NCBI GenBank assembly: GCA_013265495.1
Contig: MU057936.1
Span: 323,195-387,194, forward strand
Length of the DNA: 64,000 nt
From: Vicugna vicugna
Lineage: Eukaryota
Direction of reading: 5' to 3'
This document shows positions 24,346-37,510 of the stretch, piece by piece. Below the pieces are notes generated by a model. That model made no database searches, was not told the DNA's origin, and worked only from the letters and a program-made list of their open reading frames with translations. The position numbers and the translations under genes were made by a program. Each line of letters starts with the position of its first letter. Positions within the stretch are counted from its first letter, which is position 1.

Positions 24346-24939
24346 TAAAACACACTCCCAAACATGGGTTTACAACAGCGGCAGTATCCTTAGCTCTATC
24401 TAACATAACCAGTCAGGAAACCTACCTGCTCTTTGTTGCATCTTTAATACCCGATGCCAGTCTTTCCATACCCATTACTTCAAAATCTAATCATATTTCT
24501 TCAAGTTGATAGGAAGCTTCCCAAGGACAAAAAATATTTAATTTTTTTTATCTTTCATAGGATATACACTTGGTATGTATTCAAGGAATAGCTATTATAC
24601 ACTATCATCAAAGTGATCACTAACAAGTTTTAATATAGAAATCCAAGTGGCATTCTGACATCTTGACTCATAAGGTCTGGACATTTTTAAAAAGCATTAT
24701 TTTGGGTATTCTCAGCATATGAAATGGCCCTAAGATAGTACCTAAATATTAAAAGAGCTTGGCATTAAATACATACCTCTCCTCATCTTTAGCAAGAAGC
24801 TCAGAGGGAGGTGAAGTAGGAGTGAAAGGAAGAGGTAGGTGCTGGTAGGATATTTGAATGCAGGACCAAATCAACGCATAGCTTTATTATCACCAGGAGA
24901 AACTGATAACTTAGGCTTTTAGCATAGCAACCCGAGAGA

Positions 24940-25150
24940 ATCATAATAGCAGACAACTTTGTTATCAGATCCCTTACACATATAATTTCTTTAATCTCTG
25001 TAATATTATGAGTAAAAAATAGTACTAGCATTAACACAAAGGTACAGATAAGGAATCTGATGCAGAGTAGTTAAGCAATTTGCCCCAAGTCACAGAATTT
25101 GTAAAGTGGCAGAGCTAAAATTCTACCCTAGGGAATCTGACTTACATGTT
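24940..25150 (-). mobile_element. MIR SINE
   Basis: acagataaggaatctgatgcagagtagttaagcaatttgccccaagtcacag...gtggcagagct. Confidence 0.7.
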
Positions 25151-25719
25151 CTTGACTGGGAAGAGGGAGATTTCTTCCCCCAAATGGGGTGAGAGTTCTA
25201 TAATTTAAATAAAACATTAGATTGAGCTATCTGTGAGCATTTAAGTGTGGATTTTAAAGACACTTTTTATGTGTAATTAAAGCTTTTTAGCCATTAAGAA
25301 GGATGAGAGGAGGGATTATGATAAAGAGATAGGAAGACACTTTTTAGAGAAGTTACTCATCTTGATTGTGATGACAATTTCATGGGTGCACACACACACA
25401 CAATTTATCCAGTTGTACACTTTAAATACATGCATGTATGTCAACTGTTATGTTGATTATACCCCAATAAAATTATATGCAAAAAGGATGAAACAGATCT
25501 ATAGATGAGCCAATAATGTATGGAGTGGAGAAAAAATTATGACAGTATTCATGATATAATTTGTTAAATACACAAACATATATGTAAAAACATTATACAC
25601 ATATGTATATATAAATCAACAAATGAGCAAATAAATGAATGTTATCTGTGGGATTTTTCTTTTTTTTTTTTCAGCCTGTAGTAATGCAAGTAGCTTTCAC
25701 TGAGGCCTCTGTCAACAGG

Positions 25720-26037
25720 TAGGTGACTGAGCCACCTTGAAGCAGATCCTCCAGCCCCATTCAAGCCTTCACATGACTGCAGGCCCCAGCTGGTATCTTT
25801 TCTTATATATATATATATATTTTTTTTAGTTGAAGTATAGTCAGTTTACAATGTTGTGTGAACTTCTGGTGTACACACCAGCTGACCTCTTGAAAACAAC
25901 CTTGTGAGCAACCCTGAGCAAAACCACCCAGTTCAGTCACTCCTGGATTTTGATTCTCACAAACTATGTGAAATAATAACTTTACTATTTTAAACTGCTA
26001 CCTTTTGAAGTAATTTGTTATGAAACAGTAGATAAAT
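25720..26037 (+). mobile_element. MaLR LTR (MLT1-type) 3' part, split by a tiny L1 3' end
   Basis: gccaccttgaagcagatcctccagcccc...caagccttca..tgactgcag and 3' end ttttgaagtaatttgttatgaaacagtagataa. Confidence 0.75.
25800..25875 (-). mobile_element. Severely 5'-truncated young L1 (last ~50 nt plus tail)
   Basis: tttttttagttgaagtatagtcagtttacaatgttgtg..ttctggtgtaca, the same terminus as the other young L1s; degenerate TSD around ccagctg..tctt on both sides. Confidence 0.75.
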
Positions 26038-26039
26038 AT

Positions 26040-26835
26040 TGTTAAAATGTGGCATACATACAGAAAAGTGCACAAATCTTGTTGACTTTCTATACAGAAA
26101 GCACACCAGTGTAACCAGGACCCAGATGAGGGCACCGGACAGAACATTACCAGCACCCCAGAAGTCCCGCCTTATGCTCCCTGTCTCAACACTATCTCCC
26201 AACAAGAGTAGCTACTAGCCTGATTTCTTACATCATAGATAAGATTTTAGTGCTTCTGAATGTCATATAAATGGAATCACCATGTATACTCTTTCAGATC
26301 TAGCTTCTTTCACTCGACACCATGTTTCTAAGATTCATCCATACTGCTGCATGTAATTATAGTTCATTCGTTATCCCTAATTCCATGTTAGGTATATATC
26401 CCCGTTAGTGTATTCATTTTACTTTTGATAGACATTTGGGTTGTCTCAAGTTTAGGTTTATTACAAATAGTGCTATGAACATTCTTGTGCATGTCTTTTT
26501 ATGAACCTATATAACTATTGCTGTGTCTGTATCTGAAAGTGGAATTATTGGGTTCACAGGCATGCCTACCGCCAGCTCTACTCATTACTTAATAAACACT
26601 TTTCCAGTGTGATTGTACCAATGTACACTCTTAGCAGCAGTACTGCAGACTTTCAGCTGCTCTACACTCCTGCAGACTCAGTACCATCTTTTCTGTCTTT
26701 GCGATTCTGCTGGGTGATAGTGGTATCACCTCATGTGTTTTCCTAGTGAGTGATGAAGTTGAACACCTTTCTTGAACATTAATTGGCCATCTGGACATCT
26801 TATATGAAGTGCCTGTTTTAAATCTTGTGTGCATT
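26040..26835 (-). mobile_element. Ancient L1ME-type ORF2 end and 3'UTR
   Basis: catacagaaaagtgcacaaatctt...gtgctatgaacattcttgt...gattgtaccaat..acactc..agcag. Confidence 0.75.
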
Positions 26836-29105
26836 TAAGCAAATATTACATCTAAGATCAGCAAAATGCCATAATTCTCTAAACTAATAGGTCCTCTGTT
26901 GTACTGTGAAAACAAGTGTCTTTGAGCAGAAGAACAGCCATCAAGAAAAAGATAAAACTAATAGCAGGAATATGGTTAGGTGCCTCTTCTAAATCTAGAA
27001 ATGTTTTGAAAAGGGAAACAAGGAAGGCAGTAAGGCAGAACGAACCTTCAATGTAGGAATGAGACAAAAAGGGAGAGGCCGTTAGGAAGATGATGCCCAT
27101 GGGCAGGATTTGCTTGATTTTGGTGGCCGGGAAGCGCAGCACACACAGGACACAACTCAAGAACCATGTTAGCCATAGCCACTGTCCAGAAAAGCTTTTC
27201 TGAGGAAAACACAGAACATGTATGGGCTTTAATACAGTGCTATATTATCTGGAGAAGTTTAGTGCTAGTAGGGAAAACAGTAAATATTCTGAAAATGGAA
27301 AAGTAGATCACCTATAACCGTGGTCCCATTACATCACACTTCTCAAGAGAGGGAAGATGATAATTTATATATACCCTTGAATAGCCAGTAAATATATACT
27401 GACCTTCTTTTAACCTCAGAAGCCTACATTAGGCTTTACTTTATTTTTTTCTTTTATGAGTTACCAGAATGCACTATGACATTAGCTGCTTATTTTTAGT
27501 TTACTGATTAAATTTTAATAAGACTCTTCAGATAGCAGAACAATCAGTTAAAGAAAGTTAATACTGCTGGACAAGATCAATGCATAATGGACACCATGTG
27601 TGTGTGAAAAAGTAGAATAAACAAAGTGGCTTTGGTTTATTATCTTAGACATACCACAGCATAAAATCTTAGCCCTAAATCTAACAAACTGGTGCTTTAA
27701 ATGTGGTCATATAAGAATTTCAGGTATTACAATGTTTTTAAAATAAATGAGGTCAGATATACTAAATAACTTCAAGAGCTCAACATTTATAATTCAGGCA
27801 GAAAAAAATCAGTTCTCACATTTTTAATATTCCCCCTGTCCTATTGGGCATGCACATGACAAAAAACGGCATGGAGAAATCATGACAAATAGCATATGGA
27901 TCAAATTCGATATACCTCTGAGGCTTTAGAAGGAAGAGTTCTTTCTGTGACATGTAATAATTTGCATCACTAACTAACAAAGCCTATCACTGTAGTGAAT
28001 ATGTTCAAGGACACTACACTAAAGCTACTGGGAGTACCAAATTTTAATGGTCTGACACGGACCGTTAAACATTAAATTAAAACATTAACCTCAATTCTAA
28101 AGAAGGTTTATTTTGCAGGATGACTTTCTTAAATAAACAAGATTTATAGCCTCTTCAATAGAAACTATTTCTGAGTAAAGGTCCATTTCCCATAAGTATC
28201 ATTCAAACTTTTTAAAAAGGAAATTTGTTTCCAGAACAACACTTAGTTTGTAATGCTACCCAACAATAAGAATCACACTTTATAAAAGCATATGTAAGGT
28301 AAAATAAAAAAGGCCCATGCAAAAATGGTCTTTTCTTTTGCAAACTAGTTATTTTCTCCTGCAGAGCAGCCCAGACAAAATCACAAGGATAGATTCCTAG
28401 GAGAAGCTATTACACTGATGTTGTTGGGCAACACTGACCGCGTTGGGGAAAAAAAAAAAATCTACAGATGGTGGAGAATGCTAGGCTTGAATTATCCGTT
28501 GCCATTGTTTTAAAACTCTACGACTCAATCTAATTGAACTGGAGAGCTATGAATTCCCAGACAAAAGGCAGAAGGAAAATGAAACCAAGGTCCTAGAGAA
28601 TCCATATACTAGAAAATGAGCTTAATCACATTGGACTAGAAATCACCAATTCCCAAATGGAGATTTAATTTCATAATGATGTCCTATTTTGTTTAATGCT
28701 GACAGGGATCGTGTATATTTTGTTTGATGCCATATCCTCATACTCATCACTCTACTTGGCACATACTAGACATGCAAAATTTATTGAATAAAAAATTTAT
28801 TGAATATTGTATTTTAACAAGTTAAGCTCATATTATACTCTGTGTCTAACTTTTTTTATTCATACATTGTAATAATCTTCCTATGAAATTAAATACCTCA
28901 TAAACATGATTCTTGGTGGCTGCATTATATTCATGTATCATAATTTAACCAGTTCCTAAATGTTCTATAATTCAGAAATAAACTGTTACATCCATACAAT
29001 AAAAATTTATGCAGCCAGTAAGAACTGATTCTATTTTTTGCTGTCATAAATAATGTAGTAGTGCATTTTTAAAATATAAACAGTTATTTCTTTTTTACAA
29101 AAAAA

Positions 29106-29815
29106 CTGCTGGTAGGAATGTAGTTTGGTGCAACCATTATGGAAAACATATGGAGATTCCTCAAAAAACTAAAAATAGAACTATCATAGGATCCAGCAAT
29201 CCCGCTTCTGGGTATATATCTAGAAGGAACTCTAATTTGAAAAGATACATGCACCCCAGTGCTCACAGCAGCACTATATACAATAGTCAAGACATGGAAC
29301 CATCCTAAATGTCCTTCGACAGTTGACTGAATAAAGAAACTGTGGTATACTTACACAATGGAATACTACTCTGCCATAAAAAATAACAAAATAATGCCAT
29401 TTGCAGTAACATGGATGGACCTAGAGATTGTCATTCTAAGTGAAGTAAGCCAGAAAGAGAAAAATACCATATGATATCACTCATATGTGGAATCTTAAAA
29501 CAAAACACTATGAACTTATCTATAAAACAGAAACAGACTCACAGACTTAGTAAACAATCTTATGGTTACCAGGGAAAGGGGGTGGGAGGGGATTAAATTT
29601 GGGAGTTTGAGATTTACAAATGTTAGCCACTATGTATAAAAATAATTTTTAAAAAGTTTCTTTTGTATAGCACAGGGAACTATGTCCAATATCTTACAAT
29701 AACCTTTAATGAAAAAAATATGAAAACGAATATATGTATGTATATGCATGACTGAGACATTGTGCTGTACAGCAGAGATTGACACATTGTAATTAACTGT
29801 ACTTCAATAAAAAAA
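29106..29815 (+). mobile_element. Young L1 3' fragment
   Basis: ORF2 end (gatccagcaatccc..ctgggtatatatc, aaagatacatgcacccc) plus 3'UTR ending acttcaataaaaaaa. Confidence 0.9.
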
Positions 29816-30654
29816 TTTTTTTAGTTGAAGTATAGTCAGTTCACAACGTTCTGTCAATTTCTGGTGTACAGCATTGTTTCAGTCATACATATATGTACAT
29901 ATATTCCTTTTCATATTCTTTTTCATTTTCATTATAGGTTACTACAAGATACTGAATATAGGTCCCCGCTCTGTACAGAAGAAACTTATTGTTTGTCTAT
30001 TTTACATACAGTTAGTATCTGAAATCTCAAACTCCAAATTTATCCCTTCCCATCTCCTAACCCCCCCAGTAACCAAAAGTTTGCTTTCTATGCCTGTGAG
30101 TCTGTTTCTGTTTTATAAATAAATTTGTGTGTGTCTTTTTTTTTTCAGATTCCACATATAAGTGATAGCATATGGTATTTGTTTTTCTCTTTCTGGCTTA
30201 TTTCACTTACAATGATGATCTTCAGGTCCATCCATGTTGCTGCAAATGGCATTATTTCATTCTTTTCTATGACTGAGTAATATTCCATTGTATAAATATA
30301 CCACAGCTTCTTTATCCAGTCATCTGTCAATGGACATTTTGGTTGTTTCCACGTCTTGGCTATTGTAAATAGTGCTGCTATGAACATTGGGGTGCTGTAT
30401 TTTTTCTAATTAGAGCTTCCACTGGATATATGCTCAGGAGTGGGATTGCTGGATCATATGGTAAGTCTATTTTTAGTTTTTTAGGTAATTTCCATACTGC
30501 TTTCCATAGTGGCTGCACCAAACTACATTCCCACCAACAGCGTAGGAGGGTTCCCTTTTCTCCACAGCCTCTCCAGCATTTATCATTTGTGGACTTTTGA
30601 ATGATGGCTATTCTGACTGGTGTGAGGTGATACGTCACTGTAGTTTTGATTTGC
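29816..30654 (-). mobile_element. Young L1 3' fragment, inverted and abutting the previous one
   Basis: Track ORFs [34 protein letters not shown] and [22 protein letters not shown]-like are the ORF2 C-terminal cysteine-rich region; poly-T at 29816. Confidence 0.92.
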
Positions 30655-32439
30655 TGCTATTCTCATTTCTGATTATTTCCTTGGGACAGATAAATGGAAG
30701 AACCTGGGTTTAGATATCTACAGACAGCTATCTTATCCTTTGGGGCAAAGAGGCACATATTACTAAGAAAGTTAGAGGGAATTATCAGCTCTTCACACTT
30801 AATCGGCTTGCTTCTTAATACCTAACTGAAATAGACCACAAAAATTGGGGTTTTTCCACGATAAAATAGAGGTGGTATGGCAATGGAAGACTTGGATCAT
30901 ATAGGGTGGGTGTGGGAGAATTGACCCTGATCAAAGGAATATGCAGTGTGCTAGTCCTTTGTTCTGTTACTTAATGAGCTGGGAGACATTTCTAGGACTC
31001 TGTTTCCTCTCCTATAAAAGGTGGAACAAACAGACTTGAGAAGGTAGGAAAGGATAAGATATAACTTGTGCACACCTCGAGGTATTCACTGCAGGGGTTA
31101 TTTTAGGCATACAGTCACTTCTTGCTTTACCTATCATGCTATCTTTCACTATTTCAGTACATTAAACTTAACATTTCAGTACCAAATTATTTTTATTTAC
31201 TTATACCCTTCCTAGTTCTGGAAAGAATTCAAGATGATTTATATAAAATTAGTTGATAAAAGAAGACAAAATAATATTTAAAAATAAAAAGCATTTGAGG
31301 AAAATATGACAAAGGGGAAAATCTAGAAGTTTCAGGATAACACAACATGAATACAGAGGACTGAGATTTGTATATGAAAAACTTGCTGAAAGGTTGTGTA
31401 TCTTTGTTAAAGGAAGAGATAAACCTCCTAGTAGTCAATGCCAAGAGGAAAAACCCAGTTACATGAGCCATGATATCCCTACGATAAAAACAAACCGCCT
31501 AGAAGCCTCATTACTAACGATTTTGAGATTAGAGAAAAATTACCCCTAGTGTTTTCAAAAGAAGAAATGTAATGACCAGTATCTTCAACATACATATAGT
31601 AAATACTGTAAGGCATTTTACATCGCAATTTCCATAGCTTCTTTGTTCTAAGTAGGCCAATGGCAAGAAAGCACAGAAGCAGTGTACTCTATATTTGTGC
31701 AATATATTTAGAAATTGACCTACTTGAATGGCTTCCTAAAACTGTCTAGATACAACCAAAAACACCAGGCTCAGTGGAATGCCCACGCCAAAGGAAACTC
31801 AACTGCACCTGGCTGATTCAGACAACCATCCTGATGGCCACTCTATAAACAAATCCTGACTCACTCTGCTGGCCCTTCTCCAAAAAAAGAGCAGCAGCCC
31901 TGAAAACAAAAACGCTTATAAACAAACCCATGGGCCAAGAGAATTCAGAATATCCTAACATTCTAAATAATTAACAGTGAAGGACTATGGTTTATCTGAG
32001 GGTAGCCTTGGGTCCCTAAGAATTACTATACCTCAGAAGCACATTGTGGAAAGCTTGACAAGTTAGTTTACCAAAGCACTACAGCCCTGGGATCAATCAG
32101 CCAAAACAAAAAAAGAATGTTTGTTGTAATATAAGGCAAAAAATATCACACTTGGCTTCAAGATGAGGAAACCAATGCTTGGTTTAGTTACAGAGCTGCC
32201 ACTTGGTAGAACCTGTAGCACATCCTAGGCCTGACTCTCACGCCACTGCTGTCCCCACTGTAGCACTGAACCAAAAACAGAAATTTTTCAGCTCTCGACT
32301 TAATTTCGTACGTCCTACAGTGGATTTTCCGATAATAAAATGAACATTTCTGGGACTTGTAATTAAAAGTAATAAACACAATTGCATGCAAACCTGAATC
32401 AGAGTTCCAAAGTCAGGGGTGACATTCTCGGCTGAGTTC

Positions 32440-33450
32440 TGGCCCCAACTATTTGTTTTTCCACTTCAACAAGAATCCTACAAATCAAGTCAAGCTAGCT
32501 CTCTACAGATGCTATGTACTTTCTCACTTCCAAGCCTTTGTTCATACCTTTCCCCTTCACTAAGTATGACGTCCCTTCCTTTTGACTTATTTGAATCTGA
32601 AAGCCATTATTAATGATACTACAACAATTCCCTGCCCCCTCAGACATGCACTTCTATCTGCCCAGCAGGACGTAACCTCTGTCCTCTGAATTTCAGTAGC
32701 ATTCAAATCTGTAGTACTCATTTATCAAATACTATTCTTTTTTAATTGAAATATAGTTGATTCACAGTGTTTCAGGTGTACGGCAAAGTGATTCAGTTAT
32801 GCATATATATATTCTTTTTCCACATTCTTCTTCATTATAGGTTTTTTACAAGATACTGAATATAGTTCCCTGTGACATACAGTAGGTCCTTACTGTTTAT
32901 CTATTTTATTTACAGTAGTATCTGTTAATTCCAAATTCTCAACTTATTCCTCTCCCTCACCACCTTTCCCCTTTGGTAATCATAAGTTTGTTTTCTATGT
33001 CTGTGAGTCTGTTTCTGATTTGTAAATAAGTTTATCCGTATCATTTTTTTTTTAGATTCCACATATAAATGCTATCATATAATATTTATCTTTCTCTGTC
33101 TTAGTTCACTTAGTATGGTAATCTCTAGGTCCGTCCATGTTGTTACAAATGGCATTATTTCATTCTTTTCATCACTCAGTAATATTCCATGGTGTGCGTG
33201 CGTGCAAGCGTATCACATCTTCTCTTTCATTCATCTTCTGTTGATGGACATTTAGCTTGCTTGCATGTCGTGGCTATTGTAAACAGTGCTGCTAAATATT
33301 ACTCTCTACTGTCTGCTCACCAATTATTTGTGTATTATCTCCCCCAGAGTGCAAGCTGCTTGCAGGATAAGGCCATCACTTGGTCTTTCTGCACTGATAG
33401 CATCTAGCACTCAAGTGACACAGGAAAAAAAAATGCTCAGTAACTGATGG
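32440..33450 (+). mobile_element. L2 3' fragment split by an L1
   Basis: ccaagcctttgttcata... on the left; gtgcaagctgcttgcaggataagg...gcatctagcac...atgctcagtaa on the right. Confidence 0.55.
32739..33293 (-). mobile_element. L1 3' fragment with TSD
   Basis: tttttaattgaaatatagttgatt...atagttccctgtg...ggctattgtaaacagtgctgct; TSD aaatactattct (32727-32738) / aaatattactct (33294-33305). Confidence 0.88.
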
Positions 33451-33589
33451 CTAAGACATCAAGTCCCCTGAACAGCCTAAACAAACCAGCTTACTTACTT
33501 CATTGCCTTTCTTTCATTATAAACTCTACCAACCTTTTCATCTCCTTTACCTTTCTTTTTCTGCTTTAAGTGTTCATAATACAAAAATG

Positions 33590-34330
33590 TTTTACCATTG
33601 GATTATGTTGATTCTTGCATGATATGTATGGGAAATACTATCTATTTACTGATACATACTTAGGGCAGACAACTTGGAACACACATAAATGTTCATTGCT
33701 GCTTCATAAACCATTACATGAATATTTATCATTTATTTAACCAGTTCTCTATTGGTATTCATTTAGGATGGTTCCATTTATTATAAATAATGTTGATAAA
33801 TGTAACCATTTACATTTTTATGCACATCTCATTTTCTGAGATTAAATTTGTAGGGTGACTGATACATACTGCTAACTTGTCCTCCAGAAAGTGGGAAGCG
33901 ATTTCATTTTTACCACCAGTGGATAAGAGCACTTGTTTACAGAGTGGTTGCCTCAGGTCGGGTTTAGGGAGGTTGACAGAGAAGGAAAAGGGGAGGAAGG
34001 AAAGGGAACCAGATTAGGGAGGATTAGGCCTTTAAAATATCGGAAATAAATAAAATGATGGACACAGAAGTTTTCATTATATTGGCCTCTCTGCTTTTTA
34101 ATATACTTAATCTTTTATAATTAAAAAAAACTTTTAAAGACTGTTTACTCTCCACACTTGTCAGCAATGGGTATGAGCATTTTCTTTTTCAAATTTGTAA
34201 ATTCAACAGATTAAAAATGGTATCTCATTGTTTTAGTTTACAATTTCGTGATCACAATCAGGTTGAATATATAATACATAACATGTACGAGCTAGCTGTA
34301 GTTCTTTTAAGAAATTACAGCTTTTGGTTA
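33590..34330 (-). mobile_element. Ancient L1M fragments (mixed)
   Basis: atttatttaaccagttctctattg...ataaataatg..., cctccagaaag, aaaaatggtatctcattgtttta. Confidence 0.5.
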
Positions 34331-35430
34331 GCAGTTCGTGTCCTCTGCTCTTTTTGGGCATGTGCACTCTGTTCTTAAATTCAAAAGCAGGTATGGAGGC
34401 CACTTTCTCTCAAAAGTAAAATGTCTACCCAAAGGAACTACCCTCTAAGTAGAATCTTTACATATGTGGCCCTTATTTGATCTCTTTCTCTTTATATATG
34501 TGCCCCTCAAAGAGAAAATCTCTCCATTACCAAATTGGATGTAAGTTTCCTAGAAGCAATTCAAAAATAGAGTGCTCTTCAGAAAAGCTCCCACCTTTCC
34601 TAGAACAACTAAATGGAAGGCTTGTGGAGGAAAGCTTGGTCTCCGAGGAAAGGGATTTATCTACGAGATATGACTGCAGGGTTTTCCTGTTGCTGTGGTA
34701 AGTAAGGACGAGGGAATTACGGCTGAAAACAAATGCTCTGTATTTGGATAAAGAAAGAGACATTAAAATTCACAACTATCTAGAGAACACAGTAAGGAAT
34801 GCCCATTAACTCGGGAATGAATCTCAGGAAGGAGTGCCTTAAGAAGGCAACAAAGAGTAAGAGCGGGGGCAGCAGCAGCAGCAAGGATTAGACTAGGGTC
34901 CTAAGGGTTCCCAGAGGCCCTTGGCTTCATTCCAACTGGTTTAAACAGAGGACCCCCAGAAACAATTTGCTGATACAGAAATTAAATAAACTCTCACTAC
35001 AAATAAGGGGACCCATCAAGTGCTGCACCCCTCCCACTATCAAATGCATTTCATAAAAGGAGAAAGGAATTGAAAGCTAAAGGACATCTGGAAATCACAG
35101 AACCCTAGGCAGCAGGTGGACTATTTATACACTTACAGAGTTAAATGGTTTCCATACCACTGGGGTCAAGTTCCTGGGACCACATTCTCTTGCACTACTG
35201 CTTATTTCCATCTCTGACCATATCCTTCATCTTGAAAATGGCCAAAGTAAGTTTAATTTGAAACCATGAGCCAGACCACACTTAAAACAGATACAACAAA
35301 TCTGAACAGGAAAGAAACAGATTTTGTCCATGAGATTTAGGATGGTAAGCACACTGCTACAGTATGTTCAGTATATGATATAATTGTGCCAGGACATTTT
35401 TGAGGGAGACCCCAATCATGAACAGGACAT

Positions 35431-35868
35431 CGTAGACTATTTACACAAATGCCATCCACAATGTCTTTGTCCCCAGCCTCTCTCTAGTAGAAGGGCTGGA
35501 AAAGTTCTCAGACTCCTTTTCAACTAAGGGAGTACATGTGATCCAGTTCTAGCCAATGTGATGTAAGGTGAAAGTCTTTTTTTTTTTCAAGAGGAAATAC
35601 TTCTGGCAAAACCTTCCACCATTTGTCCTCTGTCATCCTACATGGAAGACAGATGTGAGGTGTGGAGTATAGCCACTGTACAATCATGAGAATGAGAACC
35701 ACATGTTAAACTTCTTGGTTTGGAAAAACAGAGAGATGTGTCCTTGAAGACATCTGCCCTGAACTGCCTGCCTCCAAACTTATTTTGTGAGGTAACTACA
35801 CCCTTATCTAAGCCTTTATTAATTGCATTTCCTACTAATTATAGCCAAACTCATTCCTACTAATATAC
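35431..35868 (+). mobile_element. MaLR LTR (MLT1H/I/J-like)
   Basis: catgtgatccagttctagccaatg...gccctgaactgcctgcctccaaactt...tagccaaactcattcctactaatatac. Confidence 0.7.
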
Positions 35869-37063
35869 CAAGGGTACACAAACTGTAACTGAGCTCTCCA
35901 CTGTGGTATAAAGAGGCAGATGCACATAAAAAATGCAATAAAAATGTCACAGATGCTATATAAAAGTAAAGGAAACTTTAAGGGAAGGTGGTCAGGTTAA
36001 TGGTATCCAGAAAAGATACGAAGGCTTCAGAGACCAGGGAACACATGAGAGTCTTGAAAACTGACTTGTTTGCCAGGGGCAGAAGGGAAAGTGTATCTTA
36101 CCATGCCTTCTGTCCAACACTGCTACCTCTATTTCCATGCTAAAACAAGGAAAGAAACCTAGGATGCTGCAATACAACAGACTTCCCATTCTTCCAACAA
36201 AGATGTATAAGGATGTACCACAGCCAAGCATCGTGCCAAGAATCAATGACTACCAAAATGACATAAAGCCTGCCCTCATGTTGCTCACAGTCTAATGGAC
36301 TTTTTCAAGGCTACCTCAATGAAGCAAGTAGTCACAACTCAGTGGCTGCATAACTGTATGTCAGATATACTGCTATGCTTGGTCTATAAGAAGTCAGATT
36401 TTCCAAGTTTCCCACACTAAAACTCACCCTTGTTCCTTATCATCAAGGTATCGCCTCTCTCCTAGAATAAAGGGAAGGACATCATGTTGCCATTTGTGAT
36501 CATTAAAAATCTTGGTGTAATTATGAACCTGGCAAAGGTCCCAGGAGATCAAATCAGTCTATTTTGCAACTCACAGCTCCAAAGCCTCTCGAGACAATCA
36601 GGACCTAAGTACTTAAAATTATCTCACCATCTACTCACCTCCTTGGAAACTGATTCTGAATTGTCTGCAATGTCTTACTTTAGCTACCAAGGAAGGTCAG
36701 TCTTAGGGAAGGTTCCTCCCACATACCAATTTTATTATTAATTTGAGGAGAAATTTTTCTTTGGAAAAGCATTTCACCAAACTTCATTTAACTGTTCTGA
36801 TTCTAACACCTCATGCAGTTTATTCTAAAACATACTTTCTTCCTGCTCTTCTTATCACACAGACATTGTGAAACATAAGGTAAGTCCCTTGAAAATACAG
36901 CTCCTTACTGCCTGTTGAACTGAAGTACTCATCTACCTCAGAGATGGGAGAGTAAAACTAAGGGTCAAAATTGATGTGGTCTGATACAGAACCAATACGA
37001 ATGCAACTGGGTGCTCAGAAGAATCAGACAAATTCATTATATTATAAATAAATCTTTCAGAAT

Positions 37064-37510
37064 AAGATAATGCCATTTGTAGCAAAATGGATGGATCTGA
37101 AGATTGACATTCTAAGAGAAGTAAGTCAGAAAGAGAAAGAAAAATACCATATGATATCACTCATATGTGGAATCTAAAAAAATAAAGACATAGATGAACT
37201 TACTTATAAAACAGAAACAGACTCACAAATAGAACAAATTATGGTTTCCAAGGGGGTAAGGGGTTGGGAAGGGATAAATTGGGCATTTGAGATTTGCAGA
37301 TACTAACTACTGTATATAAAATAGACAAACAACAAGTTCATACTATATAGCACAGGGAACTATATTCAATATCTTGTAGTAATCTATAATGAGAAAGAAT
37401 ATGAAAAGGAATGTATGTATGTATATGTATGGCTGAAACATTATGCTGTACACCAGGAATGGACACAATATTGTAAACTGACTATACTGCAACTAAAAAA
37501 AGGGGGAAGA
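37064..37510 (+). mobile_element. Young 5'-truncated L1 with perfect 20-bp TSD
   Basis: ataaataaatctttcagaat at 37044-37063 and 37511-37530; L1 3'UTR motifs as in 21925-22545. Confidence 0.92.

Noticed and set aside
24095..26460. Apparent local segmental duplication (24095-24345 versus 26210-26460)
   Set aside because: Both are diverged pieces of the same L1ME-type 3'UTR, so shared family origin explains the similarity.
30145..30638. ORFs with a cysteine-rich motif (also 21967-22152 and 51996-52214)
   Set aside because: L1 ORF2 C-terminal remnants in 5'-truncated or decayed copies.
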